Of a stretch of DNA of 40,897 nt, positions 14,523 through 24,360 are shown one piece after another; the stretch's first letter is position 1, and each line of letters begins with the position of its first letter. Where the stretch lies: IMG/VR virus record IMGVR_UViG_3300030519_000008. One strand, given 5' to 3'. A model generated the notes under the pieces. It was not told where the DNA came from. It searched no databases and saw only the letters and a list, made by a program, of their open reading frames with translations. Position numbers and translations under genes: made by a program. This DNA is from a virus.

Positions 14523-17053
14523 CAGTAGCTCGGATACCAATGGCTGTCAGCGGTATTCCACGTAAGAATCAGGGATTTACCCGGGATAGCCGTAGAAGCC
14601 ATACCGATGTTACCGGAAACCCCTGTTGTCCAAGTGGACCCAGCTTGGGGTAAAAGAGTGATTGTGGGCCAGGATCCAAGGGTAATATTCTGGATAGTCC
14701 CGGATGAATTGACGCCGATGACTTGGGCGCTTGGAGTGATAGTGGCTGCGGCAGCAATTACCCCCACAGCAGGCATCCCCTGGTTATTGACAATCAGGCC
14801 AGGGTTGGTGAACACGGGGGCAGTACTTAGGAATGTGTTTCCCTCGACCACACATCGGTTCGCTACCGTGATTTGGTCGGTAAAGACCAGCCCCTGGCTG
14901 TTAGTGAAAACGTTATTGCTTACAACAGCGTTGGCGCATTTCGTGAAGTTCGTCAGACGGAAGCACTGGTTGCCAATAAAAGGCGCGGTATAAAATCCGC
15001 TTCCAGTTGTTGCACCGTTAATTTCAAAGTTGATAGAGTCTGGGTTCCCAGACCCAGGCGATGCGCCCGAAATAGTGCAACCTGTGAAGGGGACGTTCAC
15101 ATTGGACCCGGCGTTCGTGCTGGTGTCCATGATATTCAATCTTGAGGTATTCCCCACACTGGTGGAAGGGATAGTGAATTGGCAGGTTGATACTGCTCCA
15201 TTCACCGTCACATTTGCCCCCAGCTTGAACACCGTTACTTCGGATGTATTGGAAGGGGCTGCACATATGAATTGCACGTTGGAAATCTGGATATTAGGGC
15301 CGCTACCTCCAGTGTAGACCGCAAATATAAAGTTGCTGTTCCCGGTGCCGCCGATGGAGTTACCCGTCATGCTCACAGTGCAATCGGTCATGCGAACCAA
15401 TGGTTGCACCACTCCTGTTGTATTGATGGCAAAAAGGTTTGAAACGATGCTGGATTGGTTTGTCCAGACTACGCTGTTTCTCATATTTAAGGAACATCCG
15501 GAGCCAATAGTAAAATCGGCTCCTCCGCTTAGTAAAACAAAGTCTTTAACTGCTTCCATATATGTATCTAAAATCTGCATTGATCCTGAACTTAGTACGA
15601 ACGCAGTTACACCAGTCATTGCGGTTCCGGTTCCGGCTCCCGCGCCCGTGGCTACAAAAACAGTGCCCGCAGTATTAGATGGCGCCCCGATGGCGACAAA
15701 GTTGGTGGTTCCAGGGGAGAGGATGGTGTAGACGTTTCCAGATATAAACGATCCTGCCGGGATCGTGTTGCAATACATGGCTTCTTCGCAGTAGCAGGAG
15801 ACACAAGTGCAGAAGTTTGGACCCCAGTTGGCGCCAATGTAGGCTGTGCCAGTCCCGGCTCCTGGGCCAGTAGCCGTGAAAGTGAGGCCGGCTGTATTGG
15901 ATGCGGCACCGATGGCAATCCAGTTGGTTGTCCCAACAACGCTAATAACATATTGGGTTCCTGCAACGAAGCTACCCGCAGAAACAAGCGGGGTATTTGA
16001 TAAATTCCACCCGATCCCTACCGGGCGATAGTTTTTTACGTGAAAAAAATGGGTTAGGATGGATTCACCAACAACGTTGGCGATCTGAGTGTAGAAACAG
16101 GTAACGTCCTCCCCGTTGAAATAGGGCATCCGGTAGATGTTCCAAAGGTAAGTATTGGTGTTATAGGTTGACGAATTCCCGATGACCTGACAGCCTCGGA
16201 AGGTCGTGTGTGCGCAAACAAAAATTGACCCCCCGATATAGCCGGGATTGTAACGGAATGCCGCAACAGTGGTATTATTCGCCAGACTGATTATGGTTCC
16301 GTCGAACTCGAAACTGCAACCAATGGGGCAAAATATCGTCCCATCGATTCTCAAAGTTCCTTTTGGAACTCTGATCTTTACGGGAGTTGGCATGACAGCG
16401 GTTGGAAGGTTCACGTTGACGCCGCTGAAATAGCCGTTGGTTGTATTGGTTGCATCATTGACGGCAACCTGAATCGCTGTAGTGCTATCCGTAACCCCAG
16501 TCAGGTCGATTCCAGGCCAATCAGTCAAGGAGACAACATCAGCATTTTTATTGTGCTGCAAACGAGAAGCTGCGTTGGGATATGGAGCCTTCACCGCCAG
16601 CAGTGCGTCACCCTGTCCTGCGGCTGGGGAGGCGAGAGGCGCGAGGATCTGCGCGATGGTCAGCCCAGGCGAAGCCAGGTTCTGGATCTGCCCCTGCAGC
16701 TGCTGCGCCAGCAACACGGCATGGTCAGCCGCGGCTTCATGGGAAGCAGCTGGGAACGGGTCGCCTTCAACCCAGTGGGTGAGTTGCGTGAAGGGCTCGT
16801 TCAGCAGGATCGAGAGAACCTGCACCGCGTTCTTGGGCGCCACGAAAAGCGACACGGTGACGAACAGGCCGCCCACCGAGGTGAGCGTGTAGTCCGAGTT
16901 CAGCACCAGCGTCCGCACCACAGGCGAAGCCGGAATGGTGTTGTCGGTGAGGATCACCAGCGGCGCCGAGATGCAGTTCGAAGGCGCGTTGAAGCTGGTC
17001 GTGACGCCATTGCCCGTGTAGTTAACCACCGGGTTGTTGCTCTGAACGGTCAT
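14522..17053 (-). CDS. Tail fibre / tailspike with a conserved N-terminal anchor and a beta-helix (pectate-lyase-like) receptor-binding or depolymerase body
   Basis: SD CAGGAG before ATG 17053. The N-terminal ~150 aa are typical of podovirus fibre adaptors. VSLTDWPGIDLTGVTDSTTAIQVAVNDA resembles the start of pectate-lyase-type tailspikes. Asn/Thr/Gly/Val-rich beta-helix-like repeats follow. Confidence 0.85.
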   Translation of the reverse strand: MTVQSNNPVVNYTGNGVTTSFNAPSNCISAPLVILTDNTIPASPVVRTLVLNSDYTLTSVGGLFVTVSLFVAPKNAVQVLSILLNEPFTQLTHWVEGDPFPAASHEAAADHAVLLAQQLQGQIQNLASPGLTIAQILAPLASPAAGQGDALLAVKAPYPNAASRLQHNKNADVVSLTDWPGIDLTGVTDSTTAIQVAVNDATNTTNGYFSGVNVNLPTAVMPTPVKIRVPKGTLRIDGTIFCPIGCSFEFDGTIISLANNTTVAAFRYNPGYIGGSIFVCAHTTFRGCQVIGNSSTYNTNTYLWNIYRMPYFNGEDVTCFYTQIANVVGESILTHFFHVKNYRPVGIGWNLSNTPLVSAGSFVAGTQYVISVVGTTNWIAIGAASNTAGLTFTATGPGAGTGTAYIGANWGPNFCTCVSCYCEEAMYCNTIPAGSFISGNVYTILSPGTTNFVAIGAPSNTAGTVFVATGAGAGTGTAMTGVTAFVLSSGSMQILDTYMEAVKDFVLLSGGADFTIGSGCSLNMRNSVVWTNQSSIVSNLFAINTTGVVQPLVRMTDCTVSMTGNSIGGTGNSNFIFAVYTGGSGPNIQISNVQFICAAPSNTSEVTVFKLGANVTVNGAVSTCQFTIPSTSVGNTSRLNIMDTSTNAGSNVNVPFTGCTISGASPGSGNPDSINFEINGATTGSGFYTAPFIGNQCFRLTNFTKCANAVVSNNVFTNSQGLVFTDQITVANRCVVEGNTFLSTAPVFTNPGLIVNNQGMPAVGVIAAAATITPSAQVIGVNSSGTIQNITLGSWPTITLLPQAGSTWTTGVSGNIGMASTAIPGKSLILTWNTADSHWYPSY
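15620..15979 (-). repeat. Two ~46-aa intragenic repeats flanking a Cys-rich linker inside the tailspike
   Basis: aa 359-404 AGSFVAGTQYVISVVGTTNWIAIGAASNTAGLTFTATGPGAGTGTA. aa 433-478 AGSFISGNVYTILSPGTTNFVAIGAPSNTAGTVFVATGAGAGTGTA. Linker NFCTCVSCYCEEAMYC. Confidence 0.85.
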
Positions 17054-17135
17054 GAAAGCTCCTGTGACTTGGTTCAGGCTTGTCCCGTGCGGGGGCCAGT
17101 GGTCGTTTCAATTATGACAACTTGTGGCTTATTTC

Positions 17136-19790
17136 TCAACGGTCTTGGTAGCCCTGGCTCAGGTCTGGCGCAGACTGGGGCGACGTGGTGCCTGGGGTCC
17201 ACCAGTAGGACGCACCATGCCTCTGCATGCGCGCCGTCTGCTGCTGGGAATGCCCTGGCGAGAGCTGGTCCTGCAGCTGATCGTAGACCAGCCGATTGAA
17301 CGCGGCCTTGGCATACCAGATGTTGGCGAAGGGCGTGGCGTTCTGCCGGACCAGGCGCAGCGCGGCCAGGGCGTAGCTGTGCTTGGACTCGCCATTCATC
17401 GCGTCTTCCCTGGCCTTGGACATCTCCTTGATGATGTTGTAGCCAGCGGTGATGCCCGGGCCAGCCAGGACCTCGGCGCCGCTGCCGAACTTGGTCCGGT
17501 CATTGGCGAACAAGTCGCCGTAGAGGCCCATGCCGCCACCGGCCGCCACGCTCTCCATCCAGAACTTCCGGCCTTCATCGGTTCCGATGTTCATGTCGCG
17601 AGGGTTCTGCCCGTTGATGACCGCCTTCAACTCAGTGGCCAAGGCGCCCATCAGGGTGCTGTAGCCGACGAAGCGCGCAGCGTAGGACGCCTTGCTGCCC
17701 CAGCCGTCCAGGTCTTTCATCGCGTCGAAGTGGGCGCGGAAGATGCCCAGCGGCACGCTCTTGAACTGCACCATGAAGCGCTTCAGCTCACCCATGAAGG
17801 TGCCGGCATCCTTGGAACTCTCCACCCCAAAGGCCATTCGGTCTTCGAGGCTGGACTTGGACGCGCCCCGGGCGCCGAACTGCATCTGCTGGGCGGCCAC
17901 CTCCATGAGCTTTTCCGCCGCCTCATCCTTCATGCTAGCCCGTTCTTCGCTGAGGATGCTGTCGTGCTTGGCCTGGAAGGCATCGCGGATCTCCTGGACC
18001 CGGGCGCCGTCGGGGTTGTCGCCCAGCCGGGCGATCTGCGCATCGCGCTTGGTGATCTCGTTCTGGAAGATCTCGCTGCGCGCCGCCACCCGGCTCTCGA
18101 CCAGCGGATCCAGCTTGGCATCGGGGATGTTGTGGATGGACTCGGGGGTCAGCAGGGTCTCGTTGCCACGGCCCTTCTCCACATCGGCCGCGCGCCAGGT
18201 GGCCCAGTGGTCCTCGGTGATGCCCCCTTTACCCAGAAAGCGCGCCTCACCGTCGGCGCTGGCTAGGGTGTCGTGCTTGCGGGTGAACTCGCCCAGCATG
18301 TCCAGCACGGTGCGGCCCATGCCAGTGCGCAGTGCTCGGTCGAAGCCGTTTAGTCCCATAGCTTTGTGGGTGGTCTCGTTCATCCAGTTGCCCCAACCGT
18401 TGCGGAACTCATCTCCGGCGATCGCAGTTCCGGCATGCTGAAAGCCTTCCTGCCACACGCCGATGCGGTGCAAGAAATTCTTGCCCTCAGGGCTCATGAT
18501 GATGGCGTCTGCCATGTTACGGAACACCCGCATCTGGGGCAGGCCGCTGTGCTCGGCGGCCATCTTCATGGCAGCGATGTCCGGTAGCGCGCCCACCAGT
18601 GAGCCGAGCTGAGTGGAGCCGATGAGGCCACGGGTCTGGGACCCGACGTTGGCCCAGTATTCGTTGCCGGGTCGATCCGGGTGGGCCAGGGCGTCATAGA
18701 TGCGCTGCACCTTGGCGCTCAACTCGCGCACGCTCTGCCGGTCCTTGCCGGCCACGGCGTTCTGGTCGTTCTCGAAGGCCTTGGCCAGGATCTGCTTCAC
18801 GTTGGTGTCGGCGTCCCGGCCGAAGGTCTCGGTCATGGCGATGTCCTTTGCCATGCTGCGGACATGGGACGATACCAGCTCGTACATGTTGGTGGAGCGG
18901 CCGTAGCTTTCCATCGCAGCCTGCCAGGACGCGGCGTCCTTGAAGAAGAGCTGGCGTGGAGCGTTCTTGGTGCTGCCCACCAGGGCGGATCCACCGTAGC
19001 CCCCGCCTGCCGCCTCGGCCCGCTTGTTGGCGCCGTCGGTGGAGATGGACCGGTAGGACTCGCCCAACATGCTGCGCATCTGGTCGTCGTTCATGCGGGA
19101 GCCATCGGAGTTGACGTATTTGCTCCGGTCCACCCAGTTCATGTGGTCCTCAACCCAGGCGTCCTTGCCCGCCTTGGCCACCTTGTAGGGCTCCTGGGGC
19201 TGCGGCGTGCGGTAGTCCTCCCGGGCGTTGAGCGGGATGCCCTCGCGCTGGTACCGATCGGCCATGGCGTCCATCATCTTGTGCAGGGAGTCGCCAGCGC
19301 GCTGCGCTTCGGGCGTCGTCTCCTCGCCGAACAGAGCCTTGGCGATGTTGAAGTGCTGGGTGGGGTCCATGAACAGGCCGAAGAGCTTGCCCCCGGCCGC
19401 CTCATGCGCGCCCTCGGTCGTTGAGAAGAAGGCCGAAGCGATGCCCTCGGTCTTCGCCTCAATGCCGTTGATCTTGGCGCGGATCGCCTGGATCTGACCG
19501 TTCTTTCCCGGTACCACGCTGGCGATCTCGGACTGCAGCGCCGCCTTGCGCCCAGCCTCACGGATGGTAGCTTCGTGGGCTCGCACCACGTCGGTCATCA
19601 TCTTTTCCTTGGCCATCTTCGCCGCCTCGGTCATGCGCTCGGGCAACGACATGCGCAGGAACCCATCGCGGTCCTGGCTGGCCAGATCGCGCAGGGACGA
19701 ATGGATGCGCTCCTCGATGCCGTCCAGTTCGCCCTTGCTGAGCTTCCGCCCGGCCGCGCTGTTGATCGCCTGCTCGCATTCAGGTTTCAT
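17136..19790 (-). CDS. Large internal virion / DNA-ejection protein (hypothetical, 884 aa)
   Basis: ATGA overlap with the upstream gene. Long uninterrupted high-GC3 ORF in the T7 gp15/gp16-equivalent position. No catalytic motif recognised. Confidence 0.7.
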   Translation of the reverse strand: MKPECEQAINSAAGRKLSKGELDGIEERIHSSLRDLASQDRDGFLRMSLPERMTEAAKMAKEKMMTDVVRAHEATIREAGRKAALQSEIASVVPGKNGQIQAIRAKINGIEAKTEGIASAFFSTTEGAHEAAGGKLFGLFMDPTQHFNIAKALFGEETTPEAQRAGDSLHKMMDAMADRYQREGIPLNAREDYRTPQPQEPYKVAKAGKDAWVEDHMNWVDRSKYVNSDGSRMNDDQMRSMLGESYRSISTDGANKRAEAAGGGYGGSALVGSTKNAPRQLFFKDAASWQAAMESYGRSTNMYELVSSHVRSMAKDIAMTETFGRDADTNVKQILAKAFENDQNAVAGKDRQSVRELSAKVQRIYDALAHPDRPGNEYWANVGSQTRGLIGSTQLGSLVGALPDIAAMKMAAEHSGLPQMRVFRNMADAIIMSPEGKNFLHRIGVWQEGFQHAGTAIAGDEFRNGWGNWMNETTHKAMGLNGFDRALRTGMGRTVLDMLGEFTRKHDTLASADGEARFLGKGGITEDHWATWRAADVEKGRGNETLLTPESIHNIPDAKLDPLVESRVAARSEIFQNEITKRDAQIARLGDNPDGARVQEIRDAFQAKHDSILSEERASMKDEAAEKLMEVAAQQMQFGARGASKSSLEDRMAFGVESSKDAGTFMGELKRFMVQFKSVPLGIFRAHFDAMKDLDGWGSKASYAARFVGYSTLMGALATELKAVINGQNPRDMNIGTDEGRKFWMESVAAGGGMGLYGDLFANDRTKFGSGAEVLAGPGITAGYNIIKEMSKAREDAMNGESKHSYALAALRLVRQNATPFANIWYAKAAFNRLVYDQLQDQLSPGHSQQQTARMQRHGASYWWTPGTTSPQSAPDLSQGYQDR

Positions 19791-21688
19791 AGCATGGTCC
19801 TCAAGAAGCAGCCGATGGCGGTGGTGAACAGGTTGGAGTCCTGGTTGGCCTTGGCCATCTGCTCGTTCAGCGCGTCCGGCATCTGGCTGGCCTTGACCGT
19901 GCTGCCGTCAGGCATCTGGACGTCCATGTCCGGGTGGCGCGCGGCGAGCTGGTTGGCTGCCTCGTCAGCCATGGGGTTCAGCCCAGAGGTGGACTCAGCC
20001 TTGGGCACCGGGGGCTCAGCCTTGGCCGCAGCCTGCGCGGCCCGGTATTCAGCCGTGTGCTCGTTGGGATAGGCGCTCTGCCCGGGTTCCATGCCGTAGC
20101 GTGCCGTAAACTCCGCGCCGGTCTTCGACGCAGTCGGCTCCGTCACAGGCTCCTGGAATGCCCGCCACCGGTCGAGGGTCTGCTGCTGGGCTTCGTGCGC
20201 TGCGTTCAGCTTGGCCTCGACCGCGTCCTGCTGCGCTGCGATGGCCTGCGCTTCCCGCTTCACTTCAGGGAAGGCGTTGAGCGCCTTGGCCATGTCGGCG
20301 TGGGTTGGATCGTAACCCTCGATGTTGGGTAGCTGAGTCCGCAGCCGATCCTGAACGGCCTGTGCCCTGGCCTCCAGCGCATCGAACTCGGCCTGGAACC
20401 GAACCACGCTGGACTCAGACGTGCTGCGGTCCTGGGCGAACCGGTTGGCGAGGTGGTCGGGGACGTTGCCCTCCAGATCAGCCCACCCGCTGCGGGACGG
20501 CACCGCGGTTTCCGCCAGGTCGCCATAGACGACGCGGAAGGCGTTGGCCATGTCCTGGTGCAGCTGGACGCGCTCGGGATCCATCAGCGAATGGGTGACG
20601 ATCAGCTGGGCCTCGTCCGGAGTCACGCCCGCTTCCCGGCCGCGCAGCATGTTGCCCAGGGCGCGGTCGGAGAGCTCAGCGTCCAGGCCTGCGGTAGCGG
20701 GATCGGTGGGCAAGCCGGCCGCGCCCCGCGCCCGCATTTCAGCCTTGCGACCCTCCAGCGCAGCTTCGACCTGGGAAGGGTCGGGCCGCTCCAGCGGGTT
20801 CAACTTATCCCCAAGTTTCTCGCCCATCACACCGCCGGCGCCGAAGGCTAGGCCCAGGACCAGGTCGGAAACGATAGCCTGCGCATCGAGCGTCTTGTAT
20901 TGCGCTGCCATCTCAGGGTAGCCCGCAGACTCCAGGAGGTGACTGGTGAGGAAGCGGTTGCCCGCGCCGAACGCAGTCATGGCCACGCCCGAGGTGGCGA
21001 TCTTCCCCGCAGCCGTGCCCGCCATGGTGGCGGCCGCGCGGCCCGCGCCGTAGAACACGCTGGACAGGGCGGTGTTGCCCGCCACCTCAGCGGACAAGCC
21101 CATGCCCGCCAGGCGCATGGCCACCCGGCCGCTGACCGCCATCGGCACGGCTGCGCCGGCGAAGGCCGCCACGCCCGTGAGCCCGGCCTTAGCCAGTGCC
21201 GTGTCCGGGTCGATCCCCGCCGCGGTGGTGTCGGCGTAGTCGTTGCTTCCCTCGGTGACGCCCAGGGCGCCAGCCCCGGCCAAGGGAGTGCCCATCAACG
21301 AGCCCAGGCCCATGATGGCCAAGCCCTGCGCCGTAGACCCCAGGATCTGCGCGCCAGTGCCGTGGGTGCGCGGATCGATGGCCGACCAGTCCTGGAGCGC
21401 CTTCAGCTGAGCGTCCGAATACAGCGGGTTCTCGCCCGGGCCGATATTGACCGGCTCGGTGGGCGGCGCCGAACTGGGTGGGACCAGACTCTGCGCCCAG
21501 CCATATTGCCCGGCGTTGGCCGCGCCCTGGTAGTCGCCCAGCATGGTGAGGGTCTTGCCGATCTTGCCGACCGCCCCGACGACGCCCTTCTCCAGCGCGT
21601 CCACGGTGCCGGTGAACATGCCCGGCACGAAGGGCGTGGCCGGCTGGTTCATCCCCACCGTGGCCGCCCGGTAGTCGTCGTCCGGCAT
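19787..21688 (-). CDS. Internal virion protein with Gly/Ala-rich membrane-like segments; start uncertain
   Basis: ORF 19787..21850 trimmed to ATG 21688 (alternative GTG 21706). Multiple Gly-zipper-like hydrophobic stretches (AQGLAIMGLGSLMG, GVAAFAGAAVPMAVSG). Confidence 0.65.
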   Translation of the reverse strand: MPDDDYRAATVGMNQPATPFVPGMFTGTVDALEKGVVGAVGKIGKTLTMLGDYQGAANAGQYGWAQSLVPPSSAPPTEPVNIGPGENPLYSDAQLKALQDWSAIDPRTHGTGAQILGSTAQGLAIMGLGSLMGTPLAGAGALGVTEGSNDYADTTAAGIDPDTALAKAGLTGVAAFAGAAVPMAVSGRVAMRLAGMGLSAEVAGNTALSSVFYGAGRAAATMAGTAAGKIATSGVAMTAFGAGNRFLTSHLLESAGYPEMAAQYKTLDAQAIVSDLVLGLAFGAGGVMGEKLGDKLNPLERPDPSQVEAALEGRKAEMRARGAAGLPTDPATAGLDAELSDRALGNMLRGREAGVTPDEAQLIVTHSLMDPERVQLHQDMANAFRVVYGDLAETAVPSRSGWADLEGNVPDHLANRFAQDRSTSESSVVRFQAEFDALEARAQAVQDRLRTQLPNIEGYDPTHADMAKALNAFPEVKREAQAIAAQQDAVEAKLNAAHEAQQQTLDRWRAFQEPVTEPTASKTGAEFTARYGMEPGQSAYPNEHTAEYRAAQAAAKAEPPVPKAESTSGLNPMADEAANQLAARHPDMDVQMPDGSTVKASQMPDALNEQMAKANQDSNLFTTAIGCFLRTML

Positions 21689-21714
21689 GTTCGAAACGAA
21701 GCCCACGTCTCCCC

Positions 21715-24357
21715 CTACTTCAGCAGTTGAACGCTGGGCCGGGCATGGACCCCGGGGGCCAGGTTGTTGATGTCCACCATGACCGGCCTGCCATCGTTGC
21801 CCTGCAGCGCCCGGCCACCCATGGTGATGAGGTATTTGCCTTCGCCCCAATTAGCATATTGGAATGCGTCCGAGGTGTCCAGGGCCGTGCCTTTGAGCCC
21901 CGAACGGTCCAGCGCAGCAGAGACCGCCGGCTGAAATTTTCCGTCGAAGGCGCCCTTGTTCATGCCCCAGGGCAGAAATACCTTGCTGCCGTTCTGCCAG
22001 GACATACCACCAGTCACGGCGTTGACCGCGTTCTCGACGTCCTTCGGCGCCAGGGCCTTGGGGTCGATGCCCCGCTTGTAGATGTCGGCCGCGAGGTAGG
22101 ACTTAACGGCCTGGTAGGTGTCATCCGCCACCTGGGCGCTGCGCTGCGCGTCGGGGCTGGAGAACGCGTTCGGGCCCACGGCCTGACTGAACATCGTGTT
22201 GAAGGTATTGTCGTCCAGGTTCATGGCCCGGCCGGTCTTCGTGCCGTCGCCGTCGGGCGCCCCGCCCATCAGGATGTGGTTGCCCTCCAGCACGTACTGG
22301 CCGACGATGTCGCCGGTCTGCGCGCCGGCTGCCGTCGGCACGGTGCCACGGTTGGCCGAGATGCCCGCGGCGATGGGCAGCATGGCATTCTTCGGGGCGA
22401 CCTGATGCCAAACGTCAGCGGACCAGCCCGGGTGATTGGTAAGCGCTGTGCTGAGGCCCTTGACGTAGGACATCTGGTCCTGGGGGTTCATCCGGTTGAG
22501 CAGATCGCCCAGGCCCGAGGCCTCGTCCTTGGTCAGGAGATGCGCTGCCGGAGCGCCGTAGTCGTTGCGGCCTGAGGTGGCCAGCGGTAGCCGGTTCAGG
22601 ATGCCGACCTGGAAGTTCTGGGCGGTGGAGAAGTCGATGGGCTTGGCCCCGCCGATCCCATTGTCGATGGCGAACTGGGGGAAGTCGACGTTGCGCGCTT
22701 GGGTGACGGCTGCGGCTGCCTCGATGAAAGCCCGGGCCGCGGGGTTCTGATCGGCGAAGCCCGGGCCGCCGGCCACGTCCTGCCGATTGATGGTGGACTG
22801 GATCTGGGCATCGGTCATGGTGGCGAGCTGAGCGATTGCGCCCCCGACATCCTTCACCTTGGCCAGGTCGTCGAACTTGCGCTGGCCGCCGTCCACGCCG
22901 TAGAGGCGCTGCAGGTTGCCCAGGCTGACGTCGGGGGGAGGCGCACCGGGGGCGCTGGCGTAACCCTTGCCAGCCATGAAGCTGGCCGACATGTCGCGCA
23001 GCACCACGTCCATCTTGCCCCGGTCGCTGGCGAGCCCGGCGCCCATGGCCGCTTCTGCCTGGCGCACCGCAGCCACCTTCTCTGGCCAGGTGAGCTTGCC
23101 CCAGCCAGAGATGCCCGGGGCGGCCTGCCCGATCTGCTGATCGGTGAGCGGCTGAACCTGGGGCACGTCCGGCGGTTCCACCGTCATCGCCGAGGCCGCG
23201 GGAACCGTAGCGGCAGCCGGGACCGTCGACATGATGGAGGATACGTAGTTCTGGGTCTCAGCCGGCGCGTGCTGCAGCCAGGAGTCCCCATACTTGGCGA
23301 CCGTGGCGGCCAGCGCCGAGGGACCCATGTTGTAGGCGGCCAGCGCCTTGGACACGTCGCCGTTGTTGGTGGCCAGCTGCTTCTGGAAATAGGCGTTGCC
23401 GAGCTGCGCGTTGTATGTGGAGTCGTTCTTGAACTTGTCGGGATCCCAGGCCACGCCGGCGAGCCCCGCAGCCTCGGACCCGGTGGTCGGCATGATCTGG
23501 GCCACGCCCACGGCGCCCTTGGGGCTGACCGCGCCCTGGTTGCCTCCGGACTCCTGCTGGATGACCTTGCTGAAGATGTCGGAAGCTGGGGCTGTTGGAG
23601 TAGCCGGAGCAGCCGGGGTATCCGGGACTCCACCAGGGACCGCGCCCTTCCCTGTGGTGAGGCCGCCCTGGGCATGCACGCCCCGCAGGAAGCCGACAGG
23701 ATCCGTAGCTGCCAGCACACCCACCTGGGTGATGGCCATGCTGTGCTCGGAATTGTCCTGCCACTTCATCTTCAGGGTGGGGTCGACGTTGAGGCCACCA
23801 ATGGTGTCCTGCATCCCGGCCTTGATCCGGTCGTAGTTGTCGTTCGAAGGATCGGCCGCTAGGGAATCCTGGTTCGCCTTCGCCGTGTCCTCGACCATCT
23901 TGCTGACGTAGACCCCGGTGAGCCGTGCCTGCTCGCCCATGGCGTGCTGCATGAGCGCGTGGCCGTTCATCGCCATGTGACTGGCGACGATCTTGCGCGC
24001 GGACTTCGTGGGCGCGGCGGCCATGGCATCGTCCGAAGCCTGCTGGATCTGCGAGTGGAAGGTGTCCGAGAGGCCGCTGACCTTCTGGGAAAACTCGGGG
24101 TCGTTGGGGTCCAGGGAGTTGACCTGCTCGCTAAAGCCCTTGCTCAGGCCGGTGTAGGCCTGGGATGCCGCGTTGTAGGCCCAGAGCCGGCCGTTGTTCT
24201 GGTCCACCGCATCAACGGCCTCAGCGCCCTGAGCCAAGCCCCCGGCGATGTGGCCCAACCCCTGGCCGATCCCGGCGCCGAAATCACTGGGCGAAGCCTG
24301 GGCTCCAATCCCGCCCTGGGCCGTGACGTGGTCTTCGTACTGCGGGATCTGCGCCAT
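21715..24357 (-). CDS. Internal virion protein with a lytic transglycosylase (SLT) domain
   Basis: GGAGAG 6 nt upstream of ATG 24357. SLT motifs at aa ~260-360 (23278-23580): VIQQESGGN (catalytic Glu-Ser), GAVGVAQIMP, AAYNMGP. Confidence 0.9.
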   Translation of the reverse strand: MAQIPQYEDHVTAQGGIGAQASPSDFGAGIGQGLGHIAGGLAQGAEAVDAVDQNNGRLWAYNAASQAYTGLSKGFSEQVNSLDPNDPEFSQKVSGLSDTFHSQIQQASDDAMAAAPTKSARKIVASHMAMNGHALMQHAMGEQARLTGVYVSKMVEDTAKANQDSLAADPSNDNYDRIKAGMQDTIGGLNVDPTLKMKWQDNSEHSMAITQVGVLAATDPVGFLRGVHAQGGLTTGKGAVPGGVPDTPAAPATPTAPASDIFSKVIQQESGGNQGAVSPKGAVGVAQIMPTTGSEAAGLAGVAWDPDKFKNDSTYNAQLGNAYFQKQLATNNGDVSKALAAYNMGPSALAATVAKYGDSWLQHAPAETQNYVSSIMSTVPAAATVPAASAMTVEPPDVPQVQPLTDQQIGQAAPGISGWGKLTWPEKVAAVRQAEAAMGAGLASDRGKMDVVLRDMSASFMAGKGYASAPGAPPPDVSLGNLQRLYGVDGGQRKFDDLAKVKDVGGAIAQLATMTDAQIQSTINRQDVAGGPGFADQNPAARAFIEAAAAVTQARNVDFPQFAIDNGIGGAKPIDFSTAQNFQVGILNRLPLATSGRNDYGAPAAHLLTKDEASGLGDLLNRMNPQDQMSYVKGLSTALTNHPGWSADVWHQVAPKNAMLPIAAGISANRGTVPTAAGAQTGDIVGQYVLEGNHILMGGAPDGDGTKTGRAMNLDDNTFNTMFSQAVGPNAFSSPDAQRSAQVADDTYQAVKSYLAADIYKRGIDPKALAPKDVENAVNAVTGGMSWQNGSKVFLPWGMNKGAFDGKFQPAVSAALDRSGLKGTALDTSDAFQYANWGEGKYLITMGGRALQGNDGRPVMVDINNLAPGVHARPSVQLLK

Positions 24358-24360
24358 GAA

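Noticed and set aside
16479-16495. Additional weak operator-like matches inside genes: 16479-16495 (GTAGTGCTATCCGTAAC), 38814-38830 (minus strand), half-sites at 748, 1032, 6821 and 18519, and GTTGGCGCATTTCGTGAAG at about 14930
   Set aside because: Each has 2 or more mismatches or the wrong spacing. About three such hits are expected by chance. They lie in coding sequence, mostly antisense to transcription.
14522-17053. Diversity-generating retroelement targeting the tail fibre (considered because a Bbp19-like marker suggests kinship with BPP-1-type phages)
   Set aside because: No reverse transcriptase ORF exists anywhere in the closed genome. The only repeats are intragenic, diverged at many base types and both coding. 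There is no template/variable repeat pair.
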